The notes beneath the pieces are model-generated. The model saw only the letters and a program-made list of their open reading frames with translations, did no database searches and was not told the DNA's origin. A stretch of DNA of 64,000 nucleotides from Cyanophora paradoxa CCMP329 (Eukaryota > Plantae > Glaucophyta): the NCBI GenBank assembly GCA_004431415.1, contig QPMI01000560.1:1-64000 (forward strand), written 5' to 3'. The number at the start of each line of letters is the position of its first letter. The stretch's first letter is position 1. Shown piece after piece: positions 22,584 to 34,952 of this stretch. The translations under genes were made by a program, and so were the position numbers.

Positions 22584-25500
22584 ATGGGCAACACTCAAGT
22601 CACGCAAAGGCTCGAAAACGACGTGCACGCCGACGACCTGGTACGCGGCCCGCGCTCTCGTTCGCTGTTCGGACGCGGGCGCCTTCGCCCGCTCCGACGG
22701 AGATGCGGAGGGGCGAGTCCGATTCGTGAACGTCCTTTCGCGCAGGTGTTGCCGAAACTCGCGGGCGAGCTTCTCGTTCGGCTCCACGACGAGATCCTGC
22801 CCGCCTGGACGAGGTATTACGTACAGCTGCGCGGCCGCAAGCTCACCGCACAGAGCTCCGCTCCGTGCGTTTGTACATGACTGTCTCGCGCCGACGCCGA
22901 GAAGCGGCGCATCGACCTTTAAACACCGGGTCGCGCTCTCGCTGCCGGCTGACGCGCCGGCGCAGGGGCGCGCACAGCAGCCACGCGACGCGCATCTACC
23001 TTCTGTTCGATCTCCTCTCCGCTGAGCGCATCCGCCTCATGTGCCGCCTCTCCCCGCCCCGGCCACATCACGCCCTGCGCCTGACCCGAAGGGCGCAGCG
23101 GGAAGCGGAAGTTTGTGGTGGTGTGCTCGGCGCCCGGCTGCGGTCGGCAAGAGATCGGCCTCCTCGCGCCCTCCTCGCGCGAGCGCGACTGGTGACCGGT
23201 CCCCACCGCGTCCGCCGTGGCGGGGCGGCGAGGGGGCGGGGGCCGGCAGGTGGGTCTCGGGCCTCGTGGCCTGGCGCCGCTTCTACGTCCACCTCGGCTC
23301 CGACGCCAGCGTCAGCCTCCGCAGGCCCGCCCGGCCCCGCCCCGCCCCGCCCCGCCCGCGCGGCCGAGCGAGCGCCGCGCGCTGCGGGCGTGCAGGGTGC
23401 TGGACGGAGGGGGCCGGCGGTGCGGGGCGGGCGGGGCGGGGAAGGCGGGGGCGGAGGAGGAAGGGGCGGACTTCTACCTGCACGAGCTGCGGCTGGAGGG
23501 GAGCGCGGCGGGGGCGGCGGCTCTGGAGCGCCAGATCACCGCCGCCTCCCCGCCTGGCTCGCCGACTTCGCCGAGCGCGGCGCGCCCCGCCCCGCCCCCG
23601 CCCCTCCGCCCCGCGCCTGAGGCGCCACAGACGGGCTGGCGGCCCTCGCGGCGGTCTTCCTCGCCCGCGAGGCCCTCCCGAGTCCGCCCCGCCCCGCCCG
23701 CCCGCCCCGCCCCCTCCAGCCGGCCAGCTGAGCGCAGGGCCGCAGGAAGAGCCTGGAGGCGCTGGCGACGCAGGAGGGCATCCTCCGCTGCCTCGCCGCC
23801 TTCCGCGCCAACCCCGTCCGCCCGGACCCCGCCCTCGCTTGCTCCCTCGGGCCTCCGCGCCTGAGCGGCGGGGGCGGCGGGGGGCAGCACGCGGTGGAGG
23901 CGGCGGTGGGGGCGCACGGCGGGGGCGGCCGGGCGCTGCGCGGGGCGGCCCTCGCCCTCGCCTCGCGCTCCGTGCCCCTCTTCGCGGCGGCCCTCGCCCT
24001 CCTCACCGCCGCCGCCCGCCACTCCCCCGAGGGCCACCGGCGCGCCCCGCGCCCCGCGGGAGCCGGCGCCCCGCGCCTGACCCCCCCGCAGGCAGGTCCT
24101 CGACGCCCTGGACTTTGTCCGCGCCCTCCACTGCGAGAAGGCGCCCTGTACCCCTCCGCTCCACTCCACTCTGCTCCGCCCGCCCGCCCTGAGGCTCGGT
24201 CGCGCAGAGCCGGTTCGGGCGGGTGCTGGCGGCACTGGCGCACGCGGAGGACTTCGGCCTGCGCGTGGAGGCCCTCGCGCTCCTCGCCGCCCTCCTCCGC
24301 GCCCCGCGCGCCGCCCCGAGCGCGACGCCCTCCGCGCCGAGCTCGCCGCCGCCGGCGCCGCCCCGTCCTCCGCGTGCGCGATCGCCCTCGCCGCCCGTCC
24401 CGCTCGAGCTCCGCGTTCGAGCGGGGCGTGCGCAGGCGCTGCGGCTCGGCGCGCACGCGGGCGACCTGGAGCCTCTCCTCGACGTGCGCCCTACCCTCGA
24501 GCTCGCCCTGAGCTCCCCCGCCGCCGCTTTGGAGCCTTTGTCGAGCCGCCGCCGCCCCCGCAGCTCGTCGACGAGGCGGCCATCCCCTTGGGATCCGCCG
24601 GCGGGGGCGCCCCCGGCTCCGCCGCGGGCGGTCCCTACGACGCCTCCAAGGAGCCGCCCCGCGGGGCGGGCGCGGGGCGGGCCCCGAGGCGCGCGCGGGC
24701 CCCGGCGGGGGCGGACCCGAGGCGCAGCTGCCGCCCCTCTTCGCGGCGGCCGCGCAGGCCTTCGCCGCCGCCGCCGCCGGAGGGCCCCCGGCGCCCTCTC
24801 CGCCGCCGGCACCGCCGGGTGCGCAGCGCGTCGGGCGCGCCGGGGCCCCGCCGCGCCGCGCTCCGCTGCAGCTGAGGCGGGGCTGGCAGGGCGCTGACGT
24901 GGCGCGCCCTCGCCGTCTACCTCGAGGGCACCGTCGCCAACGGGCCCCGGCCCCCGGCCCCGCCCCGCCCCAGACTCCGCCCCAGACTCCGGCGCCGGCC
25001 CCGCAGCCGCCGTCCCCCGCGGCCGCCGGTCCGCCTACTCCCGCCCCAAAAGCCCCGCGGCGGCGGCCAAGCAGAGACGGCACCGGCGCCGGCGACTCGC
25101 CCCGTGAGCATCGGCTCCCGCTGGGATCTCCCTCGGCCCTCGCGCGCCTCTGACGCGGGGCCGGCGCAGCGCGAAAGGCGCCCGCCGCCTGCGGGCGGTG
25201 CGCATCGGGGACCTGCGGCCGGCCCCGGGATCCTTCCGCCGCCTCCTCCGCTCCCCGCCGCCCCGCCGCCGCGCGCGGCGTCCGGCCGCCGGCGCCGGCG
25301 CCCCGCCCGGGCGGCGCGGCGAGGTGTCTAGGCGAGGGGGCGCCCGGGCGGGAGCCGGGGCGGGGCCTCAGAGGGGTCAGAGGGGAGGAGGACGGGTTCG
25401 TGATGGTGGGCGGGCCCTCCTTCGCGCCCCCGGGCGGCCCGCCGCCTCCCGCTCCCCGCCCCGGCCGCCCCGCCCCGCGCGGCCCGGGGCCCATCAGCCC

Positions 25501-28207
25501 CGCCCAGCACCCCGCCATCTTCCGGTCCGCCATTGAAGTCTCGTCATTTTCGCGCCCTCTGAACCGCCGCAGGTACGCGCTGGGCCCCGGGGAGCGCGAG
25601 GAGGGGGCGGCCCCGCAAAGCCCGCGCGGCCGCTCCTCCTGGCTCTCCTGGCTGCCCTTCGGCAAGGCCCGCCCGGGGGCGCCCCGCCGCCCCGGCCCCG
25701 CTCCGCCCCGCCCCGCCCCCGCCGCCCGCCCCGCCGCACCGGCGGCCGAGGCGGCGGCGCTCGGATCGGCGCCACCAGCAGCGGAGTTTGGCGAGGCGGC
25801 GGACCAGGAGAAGGAGGCGGCGGCTTTGGGGATCGAGGAGGGGGCGGTGCAGGTGGCGGCCGAGGCGGCGCCGGCCCGCGAGCAGTCGCCGCAGGGGCGC
25901 GAGGCGGCTTCGCCGTCGCCGGCGGCGCAGGGGCGCCCGGCGCGGCGCACGGCCGACGCGGCGTGCCAGACAGCGTTCCGGGGGAGGCCCCGGCCGCCCC
26001 GCCGCCGAGGCCGCCGAGGCCGAGGGCGCGGCGCCGGCCGGCCCCGCCGCTTCGGCCCCGCCGCGGAGGCCGCGCGCGCCGCCCTCGGCTCCGCCGCCGA
26101 CGACGCCGAGCCCGCCGCCGGCGCCGCCGTTCCCCCGGCTCCCCTCACCTTCCGCCCTCCCGCGAACCCTCTTTCGGGGGGCCCCGCCCCGCCGCCCCGG
26201 CCCCGGCGGCCGGCCCGCGCCCGCCGCCGGCCCCGCCGGCCCCTCCGGGGGCGTCCCGCGGCCGGCGGTGCCCTCCCGCCGCCCTCGGGGGGCCCTCCGC
26301 CGCCGCCCCGCCGCCACCAGGGGCGGGCGGGATCCCGCCGCCCCGCCCCCGCCCCCGGGGCCCTGGGACCCGGTGGCATCCCGCCGCCGCCCCCGCCGCC
26401 CGGCTGCGGCCCCATGCTCATCCCCGCGCCCCGTGCGCCCCGCCGCCCGGCGCCCTCCCCCGCCGCCCGCCGCTCACCGGCCGGCCGGCACGACGCGCGC
26501 GCAGTGCAGTGGAAGGGCCCGCGGCCGGCGGTGCCGACGAAGACGTTCTTCTGGTCGCCCATCCCCCAGCGCGCCCTCGCCGGCACCGTCTGGGCCGACG
26601 CCGGCGCCGCGGGGGCCTGCCCACGGACCCCGACCTCCTCGCCGCCCTCGACGCCCGCCCCTGCCCCCTCCCCCGAGCCCGCGCTCGCCCGCTGACGCCC
26701 GCGCAGGTGAAGGAGCTCGAGGCGCTCTTCTGCGCCCGCCCCGCCCCCTCGGCCGCCGACCGCGCCGCCGCGGCCGCCGCCGCCGCCGCCGCGCAGCCGA
26801 AGGTCCTCCGCGTCCTCGACATCAAGCGCGCCAACAACGTCGGCGCGCCCGCGAGCCCCGGCCCCCCCGCCCCCTCCGCCCCCTCACCTCCGCGGCGGGG
26901 CAGAGATCTCGCTGTCGCGGTTCGGGGGCCGGGGCCCGTCGGAGCTGGTGGGGGCGCTGGAGGCGCTGGACGCGGCCCTCCTCGGGGGCCCCGAGGGCCT
27001 CGAGCTCCTCGCGAGGCTCGCCCCCTCCCCCGAGGAGGCGGCCGCCCTGCGCGCCTTCGAGGGGGACCCCGCCCGCCTCTCCCGCGCCGACGCCTTCCTC
27101 CGCGAGGCCCGCACCCGCCCCTTCCTCGCCCTTCTTCGTCCTCTTCCTCACTTCTCCCACAGCTGAGCGGGGTGCGGGAGCTGGCGGGCCGCCTCGACGC
27201 CGCCGCCCTCGCCGCCGCCGCCGCCGAGCGCGCCCCCGCCCTCGCCCGCGTCCGCCCCGCCCCTCGCCCTCCCTGCGCCCCCCCTCACGGCGCGCAGGAG
27301 GCCGGGGTCGTCGCTGCGGCGGCGCGGGAGCTGCAGGAGAGCGAGTCCGTCCGCCGCATCCTCGAGGCAAATCCCGCCCCTCCCCCCCTCCTCCTCCCTC
27401 CGCCCTCCACGACGCCCTTGGCCCGCAGCTGGCGCTGCTGACGGGGAACGTGATGAACTCGACGGCCCCGGCCCGCGGCGTCGCCCTCGGCTTCCGCCTC
27501 GACTTCCTCCCCAAGGCACGCCCCCGCCGGCCTTGACTGGAGCTTTGGGCCCGCCTCCTTACGCGCGTGCAGCTGGCGGACGTGCGGGGCGCGGACGGGC
27601 GGACGACGGCGCTCCAGTTCCTCGTCGCCACCGCCGTCCGCCGCTTCCCCGCCCCGCTCCGCTCCCCGCTCCACCAGTGCCCCTCCCTCGACCCCGCCTC
27701 CCGCGGTCCGCCCCCCGCCCCCTCCCTTCTCCCGCTCGCGCCCCCGCGAGCCTTCGTCCGCAGTGCTGCTGGCCGAGGCGGCGGCGGAGGCGGAGGCGCT
27801 CTGGGCGCGGCTGGAGGCGGCGGAGGCGCTGGCGGGGCGGCTGCCGGGGGGCGACCCCGCGCGGCCGCGCCTGGAGGGGGCGCTCCCCGCCGTGCGGGCC
27901 GCCCTCGAGGAGGCCCGCGCCGCCCTGCGCGACGCCGAGGCCGCCTGCGCCACCTGCGGTCCGCCCCGCCCCGCCGCCCCCCGTGGCCGCGTGCACGGCT
28001 CGCTGAGTGCCCGGGCCGCAGCGCGGTACTTCGGGAGGAGGGGGCGGGGCGCGGGGACCCGCCGACCCCCTCCGCCTCCTCTACGCCTTCCTGTACCCCT
28101 TCACCCAGGCCGCCCAGGCCGCCGCCGCCCCGCCGGCCCCCAAGCGGCCCCGCCGCGCCACCGCCGCCCGCCACGAGCGCGAGCGCGAGCACGCCCGCGA
28201 GCCGTGA
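22584..28207 (+). CDS. Formin (FH1 poly-Pro + FH2) with N-terminal PH-like segments
   Basis: FH2: KTFFWSPIP..GTVWA, ELEALF, VLDIKRANNV, PSPEEAAALRAF..LSRADAFL, LLTGNVMN..ALGFRLDFLPK|LADVR..TTALQFLV. Poly-Pro tracts at 26150-26450. N-terminus MGNTQV with GELLVRL..WTRYYVQL and WRRFYVHL. Confidence 0.88.
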
Positions 28208-29022
28208 CCGCCACGTGCACGGCCCCTCCCGCCGCCGGTTTCCAGCCTCGGAGGGCTGCCGTCTGGGTCCCCCCGGGCCCGCCTCAGCCTCACAAGGCTT
28301 AAAGCTTCGAATTCGATTCCCAGCCGCAGCAGTCTAGATCCAGATCTCCCTCAGAAGTTGCAAGCTCCGTAGGGCCGTCGCCGCTGCCCGCTTTTTGCAG
28401 CGCCGGCGCTTTTTACGTTCGTTTTCGATATTCTTATCCATGGCTATTGTTTCAGCATGCAGTTTCTTTCCAAGTCCTCCGCTTTTTCTCTCCCCACACA
28501 ACGGTCTCTTCCGAAGCTCAAGTTCCTTTTTCCCCCCGTGTGCACAGCCTTTCAGGCTTGGCGATGTAGATTCTCTTGAGTCTGACGGTCTCCCCCCCCC
28601 CCCCGAGGCTCTTTTCGCTCTCAAATTTAACTTGAGCCCCTTAGGCCTCGTATTCTCGAGCCTCGGAGCTCGCAATGTAACCGAACCGTGCGTAGTGTCG
28701 ACGTAGCATGGCGTGAAATATTGTAGCGTGATCATCGAAGCGTAACTAAGTAACTTCGCAAGTTCAATTCATGATCACAAGCCTTGAAGCCTTGAAGCCT
28801 TGAAGCTTCAAGGCTTGGAAGATGCCAACTTGGCAAGATGGGAGGCATCATGCCAACGCCGGGGCGCCGTGACGGTCCATGCTCATCATGACTCACTGAG
28901 TCATGGGCCGTCGGACTCCTCATGGTGGGCACGGCACTAGTACCGCAGCTGCTCGCATGCGTCCCGGAGTCCGATAATCAGTTGCCGATGGCATCATCCA
29001 AGACTCTCGACCGTCGGACAGA

Positions 29023-32000
29023 TCATGGAGACGTTTGCATTTCGTTTCGCAGCAAAGCAGCACATCTCAGGTCTGAGAGTGGGGAGGCGGGGCGGGGCTG
29101 GGGGGAGCGGTCCCCTGCGGCTGCAGCTGGGCGTGAAGGGCGCGCCCCGGGCTGCAGGGGGTCGCGGCGCCCCCCGGGCCCGAGGGCAGGGTGGGTATGG
29201 CGCAGTAGGAGAGGCACGCCTCGTAAGCAGCCTGCGCGCGCGCCCCCGCGTCTCAGGCCGGCGCGTTTGGAGGGCCGGGGCCCCGGCGGCGGGGAGGGGG
29301 GCTGGAGGGGCACCTGGAGGCCGGCCATGGCGGCCTGGAGCTTGCGGCGGCGCTGCCGGCGCGCCGCCTCCTCCTCGGGGCGCGCGGGGGCCTCCAGCTC
29401 ACGCAGCTCCGCCCGCAGCGTCCCCAGCGCCTCCTCCCGCCGCTCCTCGAGCAGCGCCAGCCGCCGCTGCGTGCCCGCCACCCCGCGACCCCCGCCGCGC
29501 GTCCTCCTCCGCCTCCTCCCGCTCCGCGCGGCGCCGGGCCGCGAGCGCCTTGAGCTGCCTCGCCGCCTCGTCCCGCTCCCCGCGCACCCGCGCCAGCGTC
29601 CCCTTCGCCTCCTGCGCGCCCGCTCTCGGCCAGGGGCGGGCCCAGGGGCGCCGGCGGCGGGCGGGGGCACCTCGAGGGCGCGGCGGGCGGCGGCGAGGTC
29701 GGCGTCGCGCTGGGCGAGGGCGGCGCGGAGGGCGTCCGCATCGGCCGCCGCCCCGCCAGCGCCGCCTGCGCCGCCGCCCGCGCCGCCGCGAGCTCCCCGC
29801 GAGCGCGCCCCGCCACCGCTCCGACTCGCCCCGCGCCGCCTCCAGCTCGGCGCCCCGCGCCGCGGCGGTCGCCTCGGCGCCGGCCGCCCGCCCGCGGCTC
29901 TCCGCGAGCGCCTCCAGCGCCTCCCGCAGCTCCGCCGTCTGCCCCCGCCCCGTCGGCCCCGCCGCCCCGCCCGACTCGGCGGGCGCACCAGAGTGGCCCG
30001 CGTCCCCTCCGACCGCTCCAGCTCCGCCCGCAGCCGCCCCGCCTCCCGCGCGCCTCCTCCAGCTCCCCGCCCCGCTCCGCGGCGGCGCCCTGCCCCGCGC
30101 CCGCTCGCCGGGAGGTCGGCGGGGCGGCGGGGCGGGGCACCTCGGCCGCGGCGGCGCGGGCGGTGGCCTCAGCGAGCGCGGCGCGCGCCTCCGCCAGCTC
30201 CGCCCCCTGCCGGCTGTGAGGGCGGGCGGGTGCAAGGGCCCGGGATGACCGTACGAGGGCGGCGCGGCACGCGGCGGCCTCTTGCAGCTCCGCCCGCAGC
30301 TCGCACGCCTCCGCCTCGGCTTCGGTACGCGCTGCCGCCAGCTCCGCCGCCCGCTCAGCCTCCGCCTCCTTCGCAGGCGAGCGGTCAGCCGGCGCGGTGG
30401 GGTGGGGGCGGGGAGGCGGGCGCCTCGGCGGCGGCGGCGCGGGCCTCCATGCCAACCAGCGAGGCCAGCGAGGCGTCCCGCTCCGTTTCCTGCCCGCCCG
30501 TCACCTCAGCTTTGCGTGCAGGGCCGCGGCCCGGGGGCGGGCGCACGAGGGCGCGGCAGGCCGCCTCCGCCTCCTCGAGCCTCGCCGCGAGCTCCGCCGC
30601 CTCGGCCCGCGCCCGCGCCGCCTCCGCCGCGCGCTCCTCCCGCTCGGCGTGCAGCAGCGCCTCGGCGGAGGCGAGCGCTGCGCGTTGGGCGGAGGCGGCG
30701 GCGGCGGCCTCGTCGGCGCGGCGCTGGAGGTCGGCCGCGCGGGCCTCGAGGGCGGACTCCGCCCCCGTCCACTCCTCGTGAGACGCGAAGAGCCGCCGCG
30801 ACTGCGGGGCGCCCTCAGCGCAAGGGCGGGGGGCAGAAGGTTTGGAAAGGGGGCCACTGACAATCGTGGAGCGGGCCTCGCGGGCGTCGGCGAGGTCGGC
30901 GGCGAGGCGGGCGGCCTCGGCGCGCAGCCCGGCCCCTCCGCCTCCCGCTCCTCCCGCTCCGCCTGCAGCGCCGCCCGCGCCCGCGCCAGCGCCGCGCGCA
31001 GCGCCCCCGCCTCGTCCTCGCTCTGCGCCGCGCGCTGCTGCAGCTCCGCGAGGCGCGCCTCCAGCGCCGCCTCCGCCTCGCCCCGCGCCTGCGGCGTCGC
31101 CGGCGCCTCGCCCCTCTCCGGCTGCACCCGCGCCCGCGAGAGCCGCAGCTGGATCGCCGCCGCCTTGCGCGCGTACTCCAGCGTCCGCAGCGTCACCGGC
31201 GCCGCTGCCGGCTCCGCCGAGACGCACGCCACGAGGCACGTCGCCGCGCCGCCGTCGAGCGCCGGCTGGAGCAGCCGCGTGAGCAGCGAGGTGCGGTACG
31301 GATGTGCGGCCCTGCCGCCGCCGCCGCCGCCACCGCCGCCGCGGGGACGTGAGCGAGGCGTTGAGCGCCGCGCTCTGCGCCGCCATTGCGCGGCAACGCT
31401 CCGCCAGCAGCTCGATCACCTGCCCCGCCCCCGTCAGCGCCCGCGCCGGCGCGGTCCGGGCGGTGCCAGCGCGGGCGGGCCTTGTTGAGGGTGAGGAGGG
31501 AGGTGTTGATCTTGGAGCTCTCCTGCTGGCGGCGCGCCTCGCCGCCCGTCTGGTCGGCGTTCTCGGAGCCGGCGAGGTCGACGAGGTAGAGGGAGGGCTG
31601 GACGACGGCCTCCGCCACGCGGAAGCGCGTGCGGACCCAGAGGACGCAGTGCGAGCGCGAGGAGACCTCGTTGGCGCGCGTCGCCGCCGTCTGCCGCCGC
31701 TCCACGGCCGCCATCACCGCCGCCTCCGCCTCCTCCGCGCTCTCCGCCGCCACCTCCGAGAGCCCCGGGATGCGGATCTGGCCCGTCGCGTCCGTCATGA
31801 TCTCTGCGCCCCGCCCCCTCAGCCCCCGCCGCGCCGGGGCCGACGGGGCGGGGCGCACGCAGGCGGGGCCCGGAGGGCGCCCCGTCGGCCCCCGCGGCCG
31901 GCTTGGCGAGCAGGTCGAGCAGCGTCTGCGGCGCGTGAGGCCCCGCCGGCTCCGCCCCGCCCGGGCACCCGCGCACCTCGTTGTAGATCTCGAGCATGGA

Positions 32001-32832
32001 GAGGGTGACGGCCCAGGGCTCCTGCCCGGCGGCGGCGGCGGCGGCGCGGGCGGCGAAGATATGGCGGAGGGAGCGCTGGACGGCGCCGACCTCGCCGGGG
32101 ACGCCCTGCATGGTGTACGTCTTGCCGCTCCCCGTCTGCCCGTACGCGAGCACCGCGGCGTTGAAGCCGCGCAGGTACTCCCCCAGCGAGGGCGCCACCG
32201 CCGCCGCGAAGACCTCCTCCTGCGTCGCCCCCGGCCCGAACACCCGGTCGAAGTCGTACGCCCGCGCCCCGCGCGGCGTCGCCGCCTCGTCCCGCGTGAA
32301 CTCGATCGAGGTCTGGCCTGTTGCGCGCACGCAGCCTTCGCCGGCCCCCGCCGGCGCCCCCACCCGACCTGCCCACGGCCGACGACCGATCAGATCCAGG
32401 CGACTTGAAGGCCGGGCGGGGCTGGGGCGCGGGGAGCACCGCGGATGCGTATGACGGACTGGATGCGGGTGTGGCGGGCGGGGAGGCCCTCGACGACAGC
32501 GGCGACCGACGGGCGCGGCTTGGCCGTGAAGGAGAGCGTCCGCCTGAGACCCGCCGGTGACCAGGTCGCCGCCGAGAAGGACGAGGTCCTGAAGAGCCCG
32601 GGCCTGCGGGATCCTGTGAGATCGGGCCCGCCGGACGCTGGGAAGGGCCCCGTACGCACCCGGTCAGGGAACCCTGGCGCGCTGCCTCGCTGCGGTTGGC
32701 CGCCGAGGCCAGGTTCTCGTTGTTACCAGCATGAGTGAGCCTGGGCGTCTTCGGGGAGTCGGCTGCAGGGCCCGGGAACGGCCTGCTAGGCGACGGCCTC
32801 GGCGAGGCGAAGCTCAGCCTCTCCGCCTCCAT
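29023..32832 (-). CDS. Kinesin motor protein, copy A (long coiled coil; 3' end approximate; apparent 1-bp frameshifts)
   Basis: YDFDRVF, AYGQTGSGKTYTM (P-loop), NEVSSRSH, LVDLAGSE, INTSLLTL, LTRLLQ, TLRTLEYA; Ala/Glu/Arg coiled coil. Confidence 0.85.
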
Positions 32833-34952
32833 TCCGGGCCTCGTTTAGCTAGGATTCTGCGGGCTATCCTCGCGTTCTTTTGCTCCCTGCTGTGCGCGAG
32901 GCTGGAGCTGCGCCGCGAAGGCCGCTCGCAGCAACGCCTTTTTTTCTCGGGAACGGCTGCGGCGAAAGAAACGGCTCGCAAGTGGAACACCTCCTTCCGT
33001 CACTCTCGCAGCTGCTCAAAAGAGGCGCAAATTCAGTACGCAGCCAGGGTGTGCTTGAATGAACCAGCAGTCTCCGCGGGCGCGAGCCTCGCCCGCCCGG
33101 GGCCGGTCTCCGTTCAGGACACCCAAGGAGGGCGCACAGGCAGCGGCCGACACTTCCAATGTGGAAAACGTGCCTTTAGCGGCGAATAGGAGCGGCAGCA
33201 GGCCCCCGTAAGCCGCCGCGCCGCGCATGAATGTGCGCTGGCTTCTCGAGACTCTTACCGTTCTCCGGCCCGGCGCAGGCTGCAGCGTTCGCTCACATTC
33301 TCTGGGGCGATGAGCTCCCCGCGGGTGCGCCCGACGATGTCTTTCGTCAGCGACAGCGCGCCCCCGCCGAAGAACATACGCGCCTGTGTCCGCATCCGCG
33401 GTGGTGCGGCCGCCCTCCGCTGCCTCCGAGAGGCGGCTCACGGTCCGGAGCAGGGCGTGTGGGCATGCTGGGTTCCGGGGAGGGCTGCGTGCGCCCCGCC
33501 GGGGAGTCCTCGATCGAGTTCACGCGGGACGAGGCGGCGACGCCGCGCGGGGCGCGGGCGTACGACTTCGACCGGGTGTTCGGGCCGGGGGCGACGCAGG
33601 AGGAGGTCTTCGCGGCGGCGGTGGCGCCCTCGCTGGGGGAGTACCTGCGCGGCTTCAACGCCGCGGTGCTCGCGTACGGGCAGACGGGGAGCGGCAAGAC
33701 GTACACCATGCAGGGCGTCCCCGGCGAGGTCGGCGCCGTCCAGCGCTCCCTCCGCCATATCTTCGCCGCCCGCGCCGCCGCCGCCGCCGCCGGGCAGGAG
33801 CCCTGGGCCGTCACCCTCTCCATGCTCGAGATCTACAACGAGGTGCGCGGGTGCCCGGGCGGGCGGAGCCGGCGGGGCCTCACGCGCCGCAGACGCTGCT
33901 CGACCTGCTCGCCAAGCCGGCCGCGGGGGCCGACGGGGCCCCCTCCGGGCCCCGCCTGCGTGCGCCCCGCCCCGCCGGCCCCGGCTCGGCGGGGGCTGAG
34001 GGGGCGGGCGCAGAGATCATGACGGACGCGACGGGCCAGATCCGCATCCCGGGGCTCTCGGAGGTGGCGGCGGAGAGCGCGGAGGAGGCGGAGGCGGCGG
34101 TGATGGCGGCTGTGGAGCGGCGGCAGACGGCGGCGACGCGCGCCAACGAGGTCTCCTCGCGCTCGCACTGCGTCCTCTGGGTCCGCACGCGCTTCCGCGT
34201 GGCGGAGGCCGTCGTCCAGCCCTCCCTCTACCTCGTCGACCTCGCCGGCTCCGAGAACGCCGACCAGACGGGCGGCGAGGCGCGCCGCCAGCAGGAGAGC
34301 TCCAAGATCAACACCTCCCTCCTCACCCTCAACAAGGCCCGCCCGCGCTGGCACCGCCCCGGACCGCGCCGGCGCGGGCGCTGACGGGGGCGGGGCAGGT
34401 GATCGAGCTGCTGGCGGAGCGTTGCCGCGCAATGGCGGCGCAGAGCGCGGCGCTCAACGCCTCGCTCACGTCCCCCGCGGCGGCGGTGGCGGCGGCGGCG
34501 GCGGCAGGGCCGCACATCCCGTACCGCACCTCGCTGCTCACGCGGCTGCTCCAGCCGGCGCTCGACGGCGGCGCGGCGACGTGCCTCGTGGCGTGCGTCT
34601 CGGCGGAGCCGGCGGCGGCGCCCGTGACGCTGCGGACGCTGGAGTACGCGCGCAAGGCGGCGGCGATCCAGCTGCGGCTCTCGCGGGCGCGGGTGCAGCC
34701 GGAGAGGGGCGAGGCGCCGGCGACGCCGCAGGCGCGGGGCGAGGCGGAGGCGGCGCTGGAGGCGCGCCTCGCGGAGCTGCAGCAGCGCGCGGCGCAGAGC
34801 GAGGACGAGGCGGGGGCGCTGCGGGCGGCGCTGGCGCGGGCGCGGGCGGCGCTGCAGGCGGAGCGGGAGGAGCGGGAGGCGGAGGGGGCCGGGCTGCGCG
34901 CCGAGGCCGCCCGCCTCGCCGCCGACCTCGCCGACGCCCGCGAGGCCCGCTC
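30869..34952. repeat. Large inverted repeat: arms ~30869-32311 and ~33508-34952 (kinesin motor regions), spacer ~1.2 kb
   Basis: The arms are near-identical reverse complements, introns included, and both translate to the same peptides in the ORF track. A second shared block is ~29670-29850 vs ~35115-35290. Confidence 0.95.

Noticed and set aside
23536-26586. 1016-aa minus-strand ORF and many similar long Arg/Gly/Pro/Ala ORFs
   Set aside because: Antisense or off-frame shadows of real genes; stop codons are rare at ~80% GC.
30930-31350. Frameshifts in kinesin copy A (also in the reductase and formin) suggesting pseudogenes
   Set aside because: They are single-base losses in G/C homopolymers relative to copy B, typical of long-read assembly error. 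Raw reads are needed before calling a pseudogene.
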